In this document: one piece after another, positions 1-9,773 of the stretch
Layout of the letters: every line of letters begins with the position of its first letter
Position numbering within the stretch: position 1 is the first letter of the stretch
IMG/VR virus record: IMGVR_UViG_3300014913_000006
Reading direction: 5' to 3' (one strand)
Source: a virus
DNA: 64,000 nt
Translations under genes and position numbers: made by a program
The notes under the pieces: generated by a model
Database searches by the model: none
Seen by the model: only the letters and a program-made list of their open reading frames with translations
Told to the model about the DNA's origin: nothing

Positions 1-461
1 ACTTGGGATGTGGAAACGACGTGAGACCCGGCTATGTCAATATAGACCGTTTACCACCCGGTCAGATACCGCCCGACCTGTACAAGCAGGGGGATATCCA
101 AACCCTCGATTGGCTGACCGAAGACGACAAGGTCGATGAAATTGTGGCGATCGACTGTATCGAGTATCTGCCGATGAATGCTGTCAAACAGGCTCTTGCC
201 AATTGGGCTCAAAAGCTGGTGGCTGGCGGGACGCTGAAGATTCTGATGCCAGACTGCCATGCGATCGCCCAATCATTTGCCCAAGGGCAGTTCGACCTCA
301 AAGAGTTTGCGCAGATGCTTCTGGGTACCCAAGAGGGGAACGACAACCGTTTGTCCGTAATGGATACGGCGACTCTGTTGAGCACTCTTCAAGAGGTCGG
401 TCTTAGCATCTCTCTCAAGAGATACGAGGGTGTTGCTATTTATGTTGAGGCAGTGAAATGA
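1..461 (+). CDS. Class I SAM-dependent methyltransferase (type 11-like), 5' partial
   Basis: LGCG..GYVNID SAM-binding start and VDEIVA..CIEY...L..W...L..GG.L.I..PD pattern; ORF is open at the window edge. Confidence 0.8.
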   Translation, partial: LGCGNDVRPGYVNIDRLPPGQIPPDLYKQGDIQTLDWLTEDDKVDEIVAIDCIEYLPMNAVKQALANWAQKLVAGGTLKILMPDCHAIAQSFAQGQFDLKEFAQMLLGTQEGNDNRLSVMDTATLLSTLQEVGLSISLKRYEGVAIYVEAVK

Positions 462-1222
462 TAACAACCGGTTGCGAAGGATGCTGTTTCCTACAAGAAA
501 ATGATGGCAGTAAGGGATGCGCTGCCCAACAGTTGTGTTGTCTTAAGGACGACAAAGTGTTGGCCCCCGGATATTGCCGAACATGTCGTAGCCATAGATG
601 GGCTAAGCGACAAAAGACAACGGATTTATCAGCACTTTACAAAGCTGTCGTAGAAGAACGCGCCTTGAAGTTCGATATGCTGCTCTTTTTTGATGAAGCA
701 ACCAACACAGTAGCAGACCTAGAACGGACACTGAATAGTGATTGGTATATCAGATATGCTCAAAAGATCATTATTATGGATGTGACTGGCTTTGGTGGCA
801 GAAAGAATCTGGCACTGCAATACCTCAAAAGTCGAGAACATCCAGTCCCGACAGTTGTAGACAGCAGTGCTGTCCATGAGTCAATCCATCAGCGAGAGGA
901 AACAATCAGACGACTTTCAAAACAAGTAACAGCACCGTTCTTCATGGCAATTCCTGCTGGTAATGCAGTGAAAAACTTCGATGTGTTTGCCGCAATGATT
1001 CAACACGTAACAAGTCGTGTTATTCATTGGTCATTCCCTTTCAGTATCGGTGGGACTACTCTTGTCCAGCAGCAGTTGCACTATGGACTATTTATTACGG
1101 CACCATACCGAGCACTAATGAAGTCGCCGGAAGCCGAGCCGTTCACGCAACAGCTACGACAAGAGGAACGAGAAACTGAAATGGGACTCTCGTGGTTCTG
1201 TTCGGATTGTTGGTTGGTATGA
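458..1222 (+). CDS. Hypothetical protein, Cys-rich N-terminus, possible degenerate glycosyltransferase fold
   Basis: 254-aa ORF with ATGA overlaps at both ends; DLERTLNS..KIIIMD resembles a GT-A N-terminus. Confidence 0.6.
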   Translation: MITTGCEGCCFLQENDGSKGCAAQQLCCLKDDKVLAPGYCRTCRSHRWAKRQKTTDLSALYKAVVEERALKFDMLLFFDEATNTVADLERTLNSDWYIRYAQKIIIMDVTGFGGRKNLALQYLKSREHPVPTVVDSSAVHESIHQREETIRRLSKQVTAPFFMAIPAGNAVKNFDVFAAMIQHVTSRVIHWSFPFSIGGTTLVQQQLHYGLFITAPYRALMKSPEAEPFTQQLRQEERETEMGLSWFCSDCWLV

Positions 1223-1989
1223 TGAAAGACAAAGAAAACGTAACCGTCATAATGGCCACGCACAACAATGCCAAAACTATTGAGCGAGCATTGCGGTCCG
1301 TGACCAGGGGTATCCGTCCTGCTAACCAAGTTATCATCGGTGATAACGATAGCACAGACGGCACCTATGATGTTCTGTGCAAGTTGCTCGGTGCTGAACA
1401 TGTAACGATTGACGAAAAGACTGGTATGCCTCCGCAGTTTGGTGGTGAACTAGATGGCACCCCGGTCAAAATCTTCCGCAAAAGACTCAGCACCATTGGC
1501 GACACACTAAATATTGCTATGCAAATGAAGTGGCAAGGTGTGACTGTGTTTGGTTTCATGGACCCCACAAGCTGGTATGCACCCGACAAGATTGCACAGG
1601 CTATCCGGGTTTTCGGTACTCATCAGTCAATTGCGTGTGTAGTCAGCGATTGTGATGACCACCATCCAGACGGCAGGGTTGAGAGAATCTTCCGCGATTC
1701 ATTCGACATGCAAAGACTGTTGAAGGGTTTCCCATACGATGGCAACTTTTTGATACGGCCACATGTGTTCCCCAAACTCAAAGGTGGGTTCAACCCACAA
1801 ATGCCGATTCGGCATGACTACGATCTTCTTTTGAGAGTTTCTGAGATTGGCCTTATCTACCACATACCAGCACCATTGCATCACAATGTTGTCTGTGCTG
1901 TGGATAGTGCTACACAACAGACCATAGCACAATGTGAGATGACAGCGAAGCAGTTGGCCTCACAACGTCGGAGTGCAACTAATGGCTAA
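1219..1989 (+). CDS. Glycosyltransferase family 2
   Basis: VTVIMATHNNAKTIERALRSV...QVIIGDNDSTDGT and HDYDLLLR motifs. Confidence 0.85.
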   Translation: MMKDKENVTVIMATHNNAKTIERALRSVTRGIRPANQVIIGDNDSTDGTYDVLCKLLGAEHVTIDEKTGMPPQFGGELDGTPVKIFRKRLSTIGDTLNIAMQMKWQGVTVFGFMDPTSWYAPDKIAQAIRVFGTHQSIACVVSDCDDHHPDGRVERIFRDSFDMQRLLKGFPYDGNFLIRPHVFPKLKGGFNPQMPIRHDYDLLLRVSEIGLIYHIPAPLHHNVVCAVDSATQQTIAQCEMTAKQLASQRRSATNG

Positions 1990-2572
1990 GAAGCAAAAAA
2001 ACCCCAAGCACAAGGAAGCAGTACGTAGAAAGGCAAACGCCGCAGCGGAAATGGCTAAACTGGGTCTCAAGCTCGACGACGATCAGTCTCTCATAGGATT
2101 TGTCTTCAGCCATCTTGCTGTGTCTCACTTAACGTATTTGGGGCTCGACTCCATCAACAAACTGTGCAAGACATTCGCTGGTATCGATGTCTGTCTGTTC
2201 ACACAGCACATCATTCCATCATGCATACCATCACTTTGTCCAGTTTTTGGTGTGTCCGACTTGGTAAGATGGCATGACTACCCATTGATAGCAACGAGCA
2301 TTGGGACAACAATCGAAGCTCTGGCTAGTAATGCCCCAATCGTCTACCACTATGCATTTGACCCAGAATTCATCAACAAACCACACATGGAATCATCAGA
2401 TATGCGGCCCGCTTTTTGTGATCCAAGGGTGCGAGTAGTGGTGAGACATGAGTCTCACAAGGAATTGATCGAAGCAGAATTCGGCATCCAGGTGTGTGAT
2501 ACCATCATACCCGATTGCGATGCCGAGGCGCTGGCGAAACTGGTACTAACGGAGATGAAGAATGCCGACTGA
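1982..2572 (+). CDS. Hypothetical protein (possible glycosyltransferase-associated domain)
   Basis: Coupled ORF in the same operon; LIATSIGT..YHYAFDPEF. Confidence 0.55.
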   Translation: MAKKQKNPKHKEAVRRKANAAAEMAKLGLKLDDDQSLIGFVFSHLAVSHLTYLGLDSINKLCKTFAGIDVCLFTQHIIPSCIPSLCPVFGVSDLVRWHDYPLIATSIGTTIEALASNAPIVYHYAFDPEFINKPHMESSDMRPAFCDPRVRVVVRHESHKELIEAEFGIQVCDTIIPDCDAEALAKLVLTEMKNAD

Positions 2573-3476
2573 CACAAAGCCTCCAACACGAATGGGTAAG
2601 AAGGAACTCCAGGATGCTCTACTGGCTCTCGGGTACACCAATGAACAGCTATTAGACGGTGAGGGCAAGAAACTCAAGCGACCCGCACTGCTTGAAAAGC
2701 TTCAGGCTCACAAGCAGGGAGAAGAAGGGCTGGCGGTTCTCTCGACTGTCCAGGAAGAAGACGACGACACGGGAGTAGTCGTTGGGCCAGACGCAAAAGA
2801 CCTAACCGACGACTTTGGGGAGCCACTGGTGGTGGAAGATACCGATCCTCCGACACCAAGCGATCCTGGGTGGACACAGTACGTGCTTGGGAAGTTCCTT
2901 GAGGACGAGGTGGACGGCCAGAATCCACGAGTGGAAGGGCTCAGACGTGTCGCTGGTGAACTGGTTGGGGAACTGATCGAGGAAGGGTGCGATCTCGTAG
3001 CCGCCCCGACCGAAGAGAATCGGTTCCGAGCATGTGCAAAAGCGTGGGGTGTATTTCTAACCCCCGAAGGCAGAGAGAAGAGATTTGAGGCTCTGGCGGA
3101 TGCGCACAGCGAGAACTGCTTCGAGGACTACGCTACATATCTGGTAGCCATGGCAGACACACGAGCCAAGGGCAGGATGTACCGTAACGCCCTCTGTCTG
3201 CGACGAGTGGTTGCCGCCGAAGAGGTCAGCAAGACCGTTGCTACTGCCGCTGACATCCAGCAGGGTGGACCTATCCACACCAGTCAGATCAGCATGATCC
3301 GCTTGATCTCAGATCGTCATGGTTTCAAAATCTCAGAAGTTTTGGATGGGCTTGCAATCACGTATGAACTCAACGATCAAACCGGAGATGTGAACCTGCA
3401 ATCGTTGTCCTATGAGGATGCGCTTGCCGCCGCGTCAGAAATGCGGAAGATGAAGGAACAGAAGGGAGACAAGTAA
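2562..3476 (+). CDS. Putative Rad52-like single-strand annealing protein
   Basis: AMADTRAKGRMYRNAL resembles the A.TRA..RA motif of Rad52-fold phage annealing proteins; next to an SSB-like gene. Confidence 0.5.
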   Translation: MPTDTKPPTRMGKKELQDALLALGYTNEQLLDGEGKKLKRPALLEKLQAHKQGEEGLAVLSTVQEEDDDTGVVVGPDAKDLTDDFGEPLVVEDTDPPTPSDPGWTQYVLGKFLEDEVDGQNPRVEGLRRVAGELVGELIEEGCDLVAAPTEENRFRACAKAWGVFLTPEGREKRFEALADAHSENCFEDYATYLVAMADTRAKGRMYRNALCLRRVVAAEEVSKTVATAADIQQGGPIHTSQISMIRLISDRHGFKISEVLDGLAITYELNDQTGDVNLQSLSYEDALAAASEMRKMKEQKGDK

Positions 3477-3949
3477 TGGCTGAGGAATTCAGCAAGGGCT
3501 TTGTGCTCTACAAGGCGAAGGGTGACGGGAACGGCGCTGCCTCTCAATGGAATCTGGGATCACAGAAGGACTGTGTCTTCCTGGAGATGGCGAACCAGAA
3601 GGGCAAGGACGACAAAGGGAACGCTCGGTTCGACTGGGACAACAAGATCCGCTTCAAGCTCGGCGAAGCCGACATCGGAGAGATTCTTGCGGTCTTGGTG
3701 GGACTCCAGGATGGTGTTGGGCCATTCGATACGGCCAAGAGCAAGCACAAGGGGCTCTTCCACTCAAACCAGAGTGGGAATGCGATCTTGTACTTTGGGA
3801 AGGATGAGCACGGAAGGTTCCGTATCTACCTGAGTGTCAAGAGGGGGGACGAGAAAACTGTCGTACAGCACGCAATGAGCAAGGGCGAGGCATGTGTCCT
3901 CAGCACCCTGTTGCGTCGGGCTGTCGAAGTCATGTACAGATGGTGCTAA
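3476..3949 (+). CDS. Whirly-like ssDNA/RNA-binding protein
   Basis: FDWDNKIRFKLGEADIGEIL...LFH...MSKGEACVLSTLL....YRW parallels Whirly YDW..K..F.L...E.G....FFH...EF.VL.......W. Confidence 0.65.
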   Translation: MAEEFSKGFVLYKAKGDGNGAASQWNLGSQKDCVFLEMANQKGKDDKGNARFDWDNKIRFKLGEADIGEILAVLVGLQDGVGPFDTAKSKHKGLFHSNQSGNAILYFGKDEHGRFRIYLSVKRGDEKTVVQHAMSKGEACVLSTLLRRAVEVMYRWC

Positions 3950-4302
3950 CCTGAATCCTTTCGGTTTTTCAGGTCTTCTTCCATGCGCTCCATCAGGGCT
4001 TTCAAAACTGAGACATCTGTTCGCAGCTCACCGACAGTAGTAGTTAGCAGAGAAATATTCGTTTGTAACTGAGTAATGTGGGCCGCTATGATCTCTGCAT
4101 AGCGGTCAATTTCTTGCGATACGCTGTCTTCGTGTTTCGCCTGCGACTCTTTCATCGTAGCAATTTCGGTTTTATTCACAATTAGGGCATCTTTGACCCG
4201 CTGTTGTTCGGCTCCCATCGAGAAAGCTGTGCCGATGGCCCCGCCGAAAACGCCTATGACAAGGCCAATCGCGCCATAAAGGGTCTGTTGCTTCTTTGTC
4301 AT
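3946..4302 (-). CDS. Membrane protein, single N-terminal TM helix plus coiled coil (holin-like candidate)
   Basis: YGAIGLVIGVFGGAIGTAF hydrophobic segment then heptad-like region; last gene of the late region. Confidence 0.5.
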   Translation of the reverse strand: MTKKQQTLYGAIGLVIGVFGGAIGTAFSMGAEQQRVKDALIVNKTEIATMKESQAKHEDSVSQEIDRYAEIIAAHITQLQTNISLLTTTVGELRTDVSVLKALMERMEEDLKNRKDSG

Positions 4303-4303
4303 T

Positions 4304-4621
4304 CTATCCCCTTAGCTCTATCTGCTCCAGCAAGTCTCGTTGCCAATTGTCTCGGGTAATGATCAAAAACTTCAACCCGTGTTTCTTATAGAACGCCTTT
4401 TTCCTCTCCAACTTGTTGTCCGCACGAACCTCCATCAGCCCATCGTATTCGACCCATAAGTCATATTCAGTTAGATAGAAATCGCAGATGCTACGGCTAG
4501 GTTTTGGTAGCCGTTTGTGTGGTACATACTCGATATCGTTTCCTAGAAGCCAATCAGCCACCTTGGCCTCCGATTGTGAGTCGTAAATCTCGCCATCCAG
4601 CCCTATTGTTTTCTTCCACAT
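4304..4621 (-). CDS. PD-(D/E)XK family endonuclease
   Basis: S..E..VA.WL....I.Y...DFYL....LWVEYDG. Confidence 0.75.
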   Translation of the reverse strand: MWKKTIGLDGEIYDSQSEAKVADWLLGNDIEYVPHKRLPKPSRSICDFYLTEYDLWVEYDGLMEVRADNKLERKKAFYKKHGLKFLIITRDNWQRDLLEQIELRG

Positions 4622-4728
4622 AAGTCACCTTGCAGTATTGTTACACATAGGTCAATATATTCATCTTCGCGGCCTATTGTTTTGTGGTGACATTGATTGC
4701 ATAATGTGATACCATTCTTAATGTCAAG
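4603..4728 (-). pseudogene. C-terminal remnant of an HNH endonuclease
   Basis: Startless frame LDIKNGITLCNQCHHKTIGREDEY directly after a terminator. Confidence 0.6.
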
Positions 4729-4746
4729 AAAATCTCCAAAAAAAGC

Positions 4747-4790
4747 AAAAAAACAGGGCTATGATCGCCGGGACAATCAACGCCCTGTTT
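4747..4790 (-). terminator. Intrinsic terminator
   Basis: AAACAGGGC...GCCCTGTTT followed by a T-run. Confidence 0.75.
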
Positions 4791-4812
4791 GTTATATTAG
4801 ATAAGAAATCGT

Positions 4813-5454
4813 TTACAAGTATTCCAACTGGACATAGAGTCCGAAGTTCTCCTTCGACCCGATACTCAACGGTGTTGACGAGATACAAACGTACCAGTCA
4901 TGCCGCGTATCCTGCGAATCCGTACCAGACGGACTCAGGCCACCACTAGCTGCACTGCTCAGCAATGGAACCGTGACGCCAGACCCAGACGGTGCTACCC
5001 ACCCAGGATGACTCCCCGGTGCCAACGGAGTACCGCTAGAGCTAACGCCAGAACCACCGTTGCACACCTGAAGCACCTGAGTCGTAACGCCCTCAGCGCC
5101 AGCCGTGATGGTTGTGCGGTCGAAGATGCGAAGCTCACAATTCTGAGTCTTCACCGCCGTATCAAACGTGAAACGGATGTTGAGCGTCCCAGAGTTGATC
5201 GCTACCGCTGACGGTACAATCGCCGCTGCGCCATCCACGATCACGCCAGATGTAACAGTGTCGTACTTGCAGTTCGTAGCTTCCGGCCCTGCTGGAGCAC
5301 TACCGTCACTCGCACTGATGTAGGTGCTATCCTGATACTCCCCGACTTGAACCGAAGTTCCAAACGATGCACCGAAAAAACCCAAACCAGACGAATTCAG
5401 GTCTACCCAAGTTCCGCCGCCTTGCCCTGCATAGAAGTTAATCGCTGCTGCCAT
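4813..5454 (-). CDS. Putative virion structural protein, paralog of 9109-9744
   Basis: Shares SSGLGFFG, NIRFT and HDWY...P...G.K.FG....LEYL with its paralog; SD GAGGGGGTG; promoter motif upstream. Confidence 0.65.
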   Translation of the reverse strand: MAAAINFYAGQGGGTWVDLNSSGLGFFGASFGTSVQVGEYQDSTYISASDGSAPAGPEATNCKYDTVTSGVIVDGAAAIVPSAVAINSGTLNIRFTFDTAVKTQNCELRIFDRTTITAGAEGVTTQVLQVCNGGSGVSSSGTPLAPGSHPGWVAPSGSGVTVPLLSSAASGGLSPSGTDSQDTRHDWYVCISSTPLSIGSKENFGLYVQLEYL

Positions 5455-5506
5455 GTCTTTCACCCCCTCTCATTAGTTTTTCCAGAATCCTACACTTCAT
5501 CCACTC

Positions 5507-5517
5507 TATTATACACC
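5507..5517 (-). promoter_or_regulatory. Class I (late-type) promoter GGTGTATAATA
   Basis: Motif recurs upstream of structural genes (see findings). Confidence 0.65.
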
Positions 5518-5556
5518 AACAACCCAAAAAGTGACTATTGAATCGCACTTTATTTC

Positions 5557-8500
5557 TTACACGTAGCCTGAACCCATCCACTTCTCGGGTTTCGGTCCGT
5601 CATTGGCGTCGTAGTATCGCCCGCCAGACGGATCATTGAAGAACGTGGATGCTCCGCTTTGCCATATCGCCTCAGCCTTGGTTAGATAGTCCTTGGCTAT
5701 ACCAAGAGGTAGCAAACCACTCTGCCACAGCATGATGTAATTGGCCAATTCGTCGTATCCGATCCGATGATCTTGATTGACATCCGCCGGATGATAAGCG
5801 GTCGATGAGCAAGCAGACGACATGTCCATGATGAAAAACGGCTCATCGAAGGCTGCGAAGTTTGACGTACCACCCAATGTTCCACCTGGGGACTTTGGTC
5901 CGGTCGTATTGCGAATCGAGGTGAACATAAACCTCACCTGTCGAGTCCCCGATGGAATCAGCACAGTTGTCTCGTTGACGTGCCACCCTGCTGTTCCGTC
6001 TGGCCCGAACGTATATCCAGAGATGAATGTGCTCGCACCAGGATTACCACTGTAGAAGTCAAATCGACCTTCGCCAGTATCATTGACCGCCTGATTGACA
6101 GTGGTCTGATAGAGGCCAATGTTTGCTTCATACAATCCGTGATCAATAGCGGCTTTTGGGACACCAAGCTTATCTGTGAGGTGAATGACCTGGGATACTG
6201 AGCCCGATGGCAAATCTGGTGCTCTGAAGTAATAGTCGTGCCCACTCCGAGAGACTGGGAAAGTATAGTCGATAGTCTCTTCTGGATGTGTTGCAGCATG
6301 GTTGACAACAGACGAAGGGCTGAATGGAGCAAAATAACTGTCTGGATCAATCAAAAAGTTGAATGTATTTTGTTCTTTATTGATGGTCCATGTAGTGCCA
6401 AGAGAACCACTGATACTTGGTTTAGTGTTAGGATGGGTCCAGTTGCGCAACATTTCATCTGGATCAAGCAGGGTAGCAACATTGTGCATGTGTAGTGGGA
6501 CAACATACAACGTTTGGTAATCATAGAGGATGTACGGATATCTGTTCAATGGAGAAAGACCTCCATCAGTTGGGTACTTTTTGGTGTTGTACTGAAGAAC
6601 AGGATAAGTCAAAAAGGTATAGTGATTGCCGTCACAGTCGGTAATAACCTCTCCACGCATAGGATGGCGTATTGGATTTGACGGAAGATAACCACTGATC
6701 GTATACACCCAAACTTCAGGAAAGTGTTCATCAAATCTACGGTAATTGACCCCTTGCACAATTTCCCCGTTAAGGTACCTTATGTAATAATCCCATTCGA
6801 TAGTACCGCTATATTGCGGTGAATAGATGACCGCCTGCCCATCCGCGCTTTGTCTATCTGATCTCTCAATGGCAAAAGGTGGACTAACATCCCATCGATT
6901 GTAGTAGGTATGACTGTCTCCAGGTTCGTACCATTGCCACCCAGGTTGATACATCGCCTTTTGTTGCATATGGAATGGAACTTCATCAGCAGTCTCCCAC
7001 TCCAATAGATTATTGCCCAAGATACCAACTTCGGGATTGATGGAACTTCCGTGTTCAACAACAAGCAGTACCGTATAAGTGAGAACATGATTGCCACCCG
7101 ACTGACTTTCATGAGATACACCGATCTGGATGTCGTCGAGATCATCCCACGTCCAAGGGTCGCCGGTAACCGGATTATATGGCCAATCAGACATAGAAGA
7201 ACCATTCATGATAGCGGCAATGCCGTTATGCCAAGCTCTGTAAGTGCGATCACCGCAACACTGACCATCCGAGATGTAATCTACATGCCCGCTTACTCCA
7301 GAAGGAACACGAATCAGGTGATGTTGTGTATCGCATGGGGATGTACTCCCAATCGAATGATCTTGTATACATGTCCAGATGCGATAGATAGGAGGCAGGA
7401 TGGTCTCACCCATATCGGTATTGATGTTCGGGACATAATCTTTTACTCCACCGAGACCGTAACCACCAGCCAATGGCTGTTCGCCAGACACAGAAAGAGG
7501 GCGCTTGAGGTAGAACAGAGACCTGCTACCAGAAACATCAGATCGCAATTGAGGGCAATCACTACTGGTTGACCACGGATTACTCTCATTGGGCTGCACA
7601 TGTTGGTAGGCATAATCCCTAGCGAGACCTGCTTGTGTGGCCAGATGATAATCAGTGTGCCAAGCCTCATTCCCGTGATGAACCACGTAGTCCTGTTGTT
7701 CACCATCCCAGTCAACATGAATAGTTGTAAGCTTTGTCCCATGTGGGATCATACCATCTGTCGGAGAACCATAGCGATTGGGAGCAGGTACACCATATGG
7801 CTCGCCGCTGGGAACTAGTGCGCCGCGAGGATTATCCGGCATCCAAGTATTATGTTTGCGTCCGTACACACCACCATAATAATCATCTCTCCAGTATTCA
7901 GGGTCCATTTCCATTGCTGTGAATTGCAAATTGTATCCAGGATTCCATTCCAAACTTGCATGAGATGAGAAGAGTGGATCGAAGATTTTGGATGGAACAG
8001 CACCAGATGGATCACGGCTGTCGTTCCAGATGATATTGTCGTAGAAGAAGCGACCACTATGGATGTTATCCTCTGTACTAGCATCAATACCGTACCCGAG
8101 ATACATCTTTTGCTGAGAGTATCCACCACCCCAGCCCTCACCAGTTTGTTCGTTAGACACATTGGTTGTGTGTTGAATATCGAGCTTACCATTGACCCAC
8201 ACATAGATCATGCCCAAATCTTCACCATAGAAATACTGGCCACTAGCAAAATTTTCGGGAGGCCATGCTGTTTGGTCTTGTCCAGGGAGCATAGCATTAG
8301 GAAACAATGGATGGCCATCGGCTGGCCATGGGTCCATCTGAAGAGGATATTCCTCTGTGCCTCCGAAGGCTTCTGATCCAGGTATGTATGGAGGTACTCC
8401 AGGAGATTCTTCATACGACTCGAAGAATGTCTTGAATGGTTCAACTGCATGATATCCCAAACCAACTGGTTTCGCACCAACTTCACTCACATCCCAACCA

Positions 8501-9096
8501 ATTTTTGGATTGATGAAAACCTGAATTTCGTGCCACTTATCTGGCTCCATGTAGATGAAACCCTGTCGTCCATCCGCTCTTGGAAGCCAAGCTGTTGGGA
8601 GATAACTAGGCGGATCGGTATCAGGTTGTGTAATGTGTTTACTGCCTTGCACATCCAAATAACCATTCCGTAGTGTTAGGGTTAAGTCTCTGGAAACATC
8701 ACCCGTCTTACTTCTCTGAAGAATAAGGACGCCACCACCAGTAGTATTGGTATACATGAAATCGAATTTGAGATAGAATGGTCGAACATCGTCAGGGTGT
8801 CCAGTGAATGGAAGATCACCCCATCCGCCAGTCCATAAGTGACAAGCATACTGATGCCAACCCTCTTCATGCTGCCAGACCTCTAGACAGTAATCTCCGT
8901 GTCCACCCTTGACACCATAACGATCATAAATTTCTTGATGAGACACAATCTGAGTATTCCGGCTACCGGCAAGTCCAACACCACCAGTACCATTTGCCCA
9001 GCCGGTAAACTCGGAAGGGAGATTTTGTCTGGCATAGTCAGAGAACATCTCCGTATGTTCTAGACCATGACCAAAATGTAGAGTGTACATCCTCAT
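5557..9096 (-). CDS. Large virion/receptor-binding protein: LamG-like N-terminal part, C-terminal dockerin/EF-hand-like module
   Basis: WHEIQV..VWVNGKL..FYDNI lectin-like motifs; YHPADVNQDHRIGYDEL at the C-terminus. Confidence 0.6.
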   Translation of the reverse strand: MRMYTLHFGHGLEHTEMFSDYARQNLPSEFTGWANGTGGVGLAGSRNTQIVSHQEIYDRYGVKGGHGDYCLEVWQHEEGWHQYACHLWTGGWGDLPFTGHPDDVRPFYLKFDFMYTNTTGGGVLILQRSKTGDVSRDLTLTLRNGYLDVQGSKHITQPDTDPPSYLPTAWLPRADGRQGFIYMEPDKWHEIQVFINPKIGWDVSEVGAKPVGLGYHAVEPFKTFFESYEESPGVPPYIPGSEAFGGTEEYPLQMDPWPADGHPLFPNAMLPGQDQTAWPPENFASGQYFYGEDLGMIYVWVNGKLDIQHTTNVSNEQTGEGWGGGYSQQKMYLGYGIDASTEDNIHSGRFFYDNIIWNDSRDPSGAVPSKIFDPLFSSHASLEWNPGYNLQFTAMEMDPEYWRDDYYGGVYGRKHNTWMPDNPRGALVPSGEPYGVPAPNRYGSPTDGMIPHGTKLTTIHVDWDGEQQDYVVHHGNEAWHTDYHLATQAGLARDYAYQHVQPNESNPWSTSSDCPQLRSDVSGSRSLFYLKRPLSVSGEQPLAGGYGLGGVKDYVPNINTDMGETILPPIYRIWTCIQDHSIGSTSPCDTQHHLIRVPSGVSGHVDYISDGQCCGDRTYRAWHNGIAAIMNGSSMSDWPYNPVTGDPWTWDDLDDIQIGVSHESQSGGNHVLTYTVLLVVEHGSSINPEVGILGNNLLEWETADEVPFHMQQKAMYQPGWQWYEPGDSHTYYNRWDVSPPFAIERSDRQSADGQAVIYSPQYSGTIEWDYYIRYLNGEIVQGVNYRRFDEHFPEVWVYTISGYLPSNPIRHPMRGEVITDCDGNHYTFLTYPVLQYNTKKYPTDGGLSPLNRYPYILYDYQTLYVVPLHMHNVATLLDPDEMLRNWTHPNTKPSISGSLGTTWTINKEQNTFNFLIDPDSYFAPFSPSSVVNHAATHPEETIDYTFPVSRSGHDYYFRAPDLPSGSVSQVIHLTDKLGVPKAAIDHGLYEANIGLYQTTVNQAVNDTGEGRFDFYSGNPGASTFISGYTFGPDGTAGWHVNETTVLIPSGTRQVRFMFTSIRNTTGPKSPGGTLGGTSNFAAFDEPFFIMDMSSACSSTAYHPADVNQDHRIGYDELANYIMLWQSGLLPLGIAKDYLTKAEAIWQSGASTFFNDPSGGRYYDANDGPKPEKWMGSGYV

Positions 9097-9108
9097 AACA
9101 ATCGACTC

Positions 9109-9744
9109 CTACAGGTACTCAAGTTCGAAGGTCATACCAAATTGCTTGTCACCCAACTGAGTTGGAGTGCATGTCAACGCAGCGTACCAATCATGTTGAG
9201 TGCTGAGTTCCTCGAAACCACCTTCTCTTGCCCCATTCAGACCTGGGGAATTGACCAGAGAAATGTAGTTAGAGCCCGATGCGCTAACGTCAGCCCACGA
9301 CGCATCGCTATAGACACTGGTGACAGCTTGCCTGTTGCTTTTGTGACGTATCTCAGCCGCATAAAACGTGAGATTTTCAGCGGGTATCTCTTTGTTCGCC
9401 ACACCACCGACGAAGCTTCCGTCGAACACCCAGAGCTTAGCCTGCTGGCAATACACAGCAGAACCATGAGTAAACCGCACATTGACAGTAGCAAGCTCAT
9501 TCGGTAATTGCCTCAAAGCGATACCTGAGCTTTCCTGTCCGTGGATCACGCCGGAAGCTCCGTTGTGCTTATTGTTGTTACACTCGAAACTCTCAACAGT
9601 GCCACTTGCATTTGTAACAAACGTGTGTCCGTTGTAGCCACCAATGGGTACGGCATCGTTGAAGCCGTCATCCCCGAAAAACCCTAAACCTGAACTAGCG
9701 GAGACCAAGGTGTCTTCGCCAGCGTACAACTCTAATGTTGCCAT
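9109..9744 (-). CDS. Putative virion structural protein, paralog of 4813-5454
   Basis: Same conserved blocks; SD AGGAAGG; promoter motif at 9766-9774. Confidence 0.65.
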   Translation of the reverse strand: MATLELYAGEDTLVSASSGLGFFGDDGFNDAVPIGGYNGHTFVTNASGTVESFECNNNKHNGASGVIHGQESSGIALRQLPNELATVNVRFTHGSAVYCQQAKLWVFDGSFVGGVANKEIPAENLTFYAAEIRHKSNRQAVTSVYSDASWADVSASGSNYISLVNSPGLNGAREGGFEELSTQHDWYAALTCTPTQLGDKQFGMTFELEYL

Positions 9745-9773
9745 AATCTTTTCCTTCCTTCCTTTTTATACAC

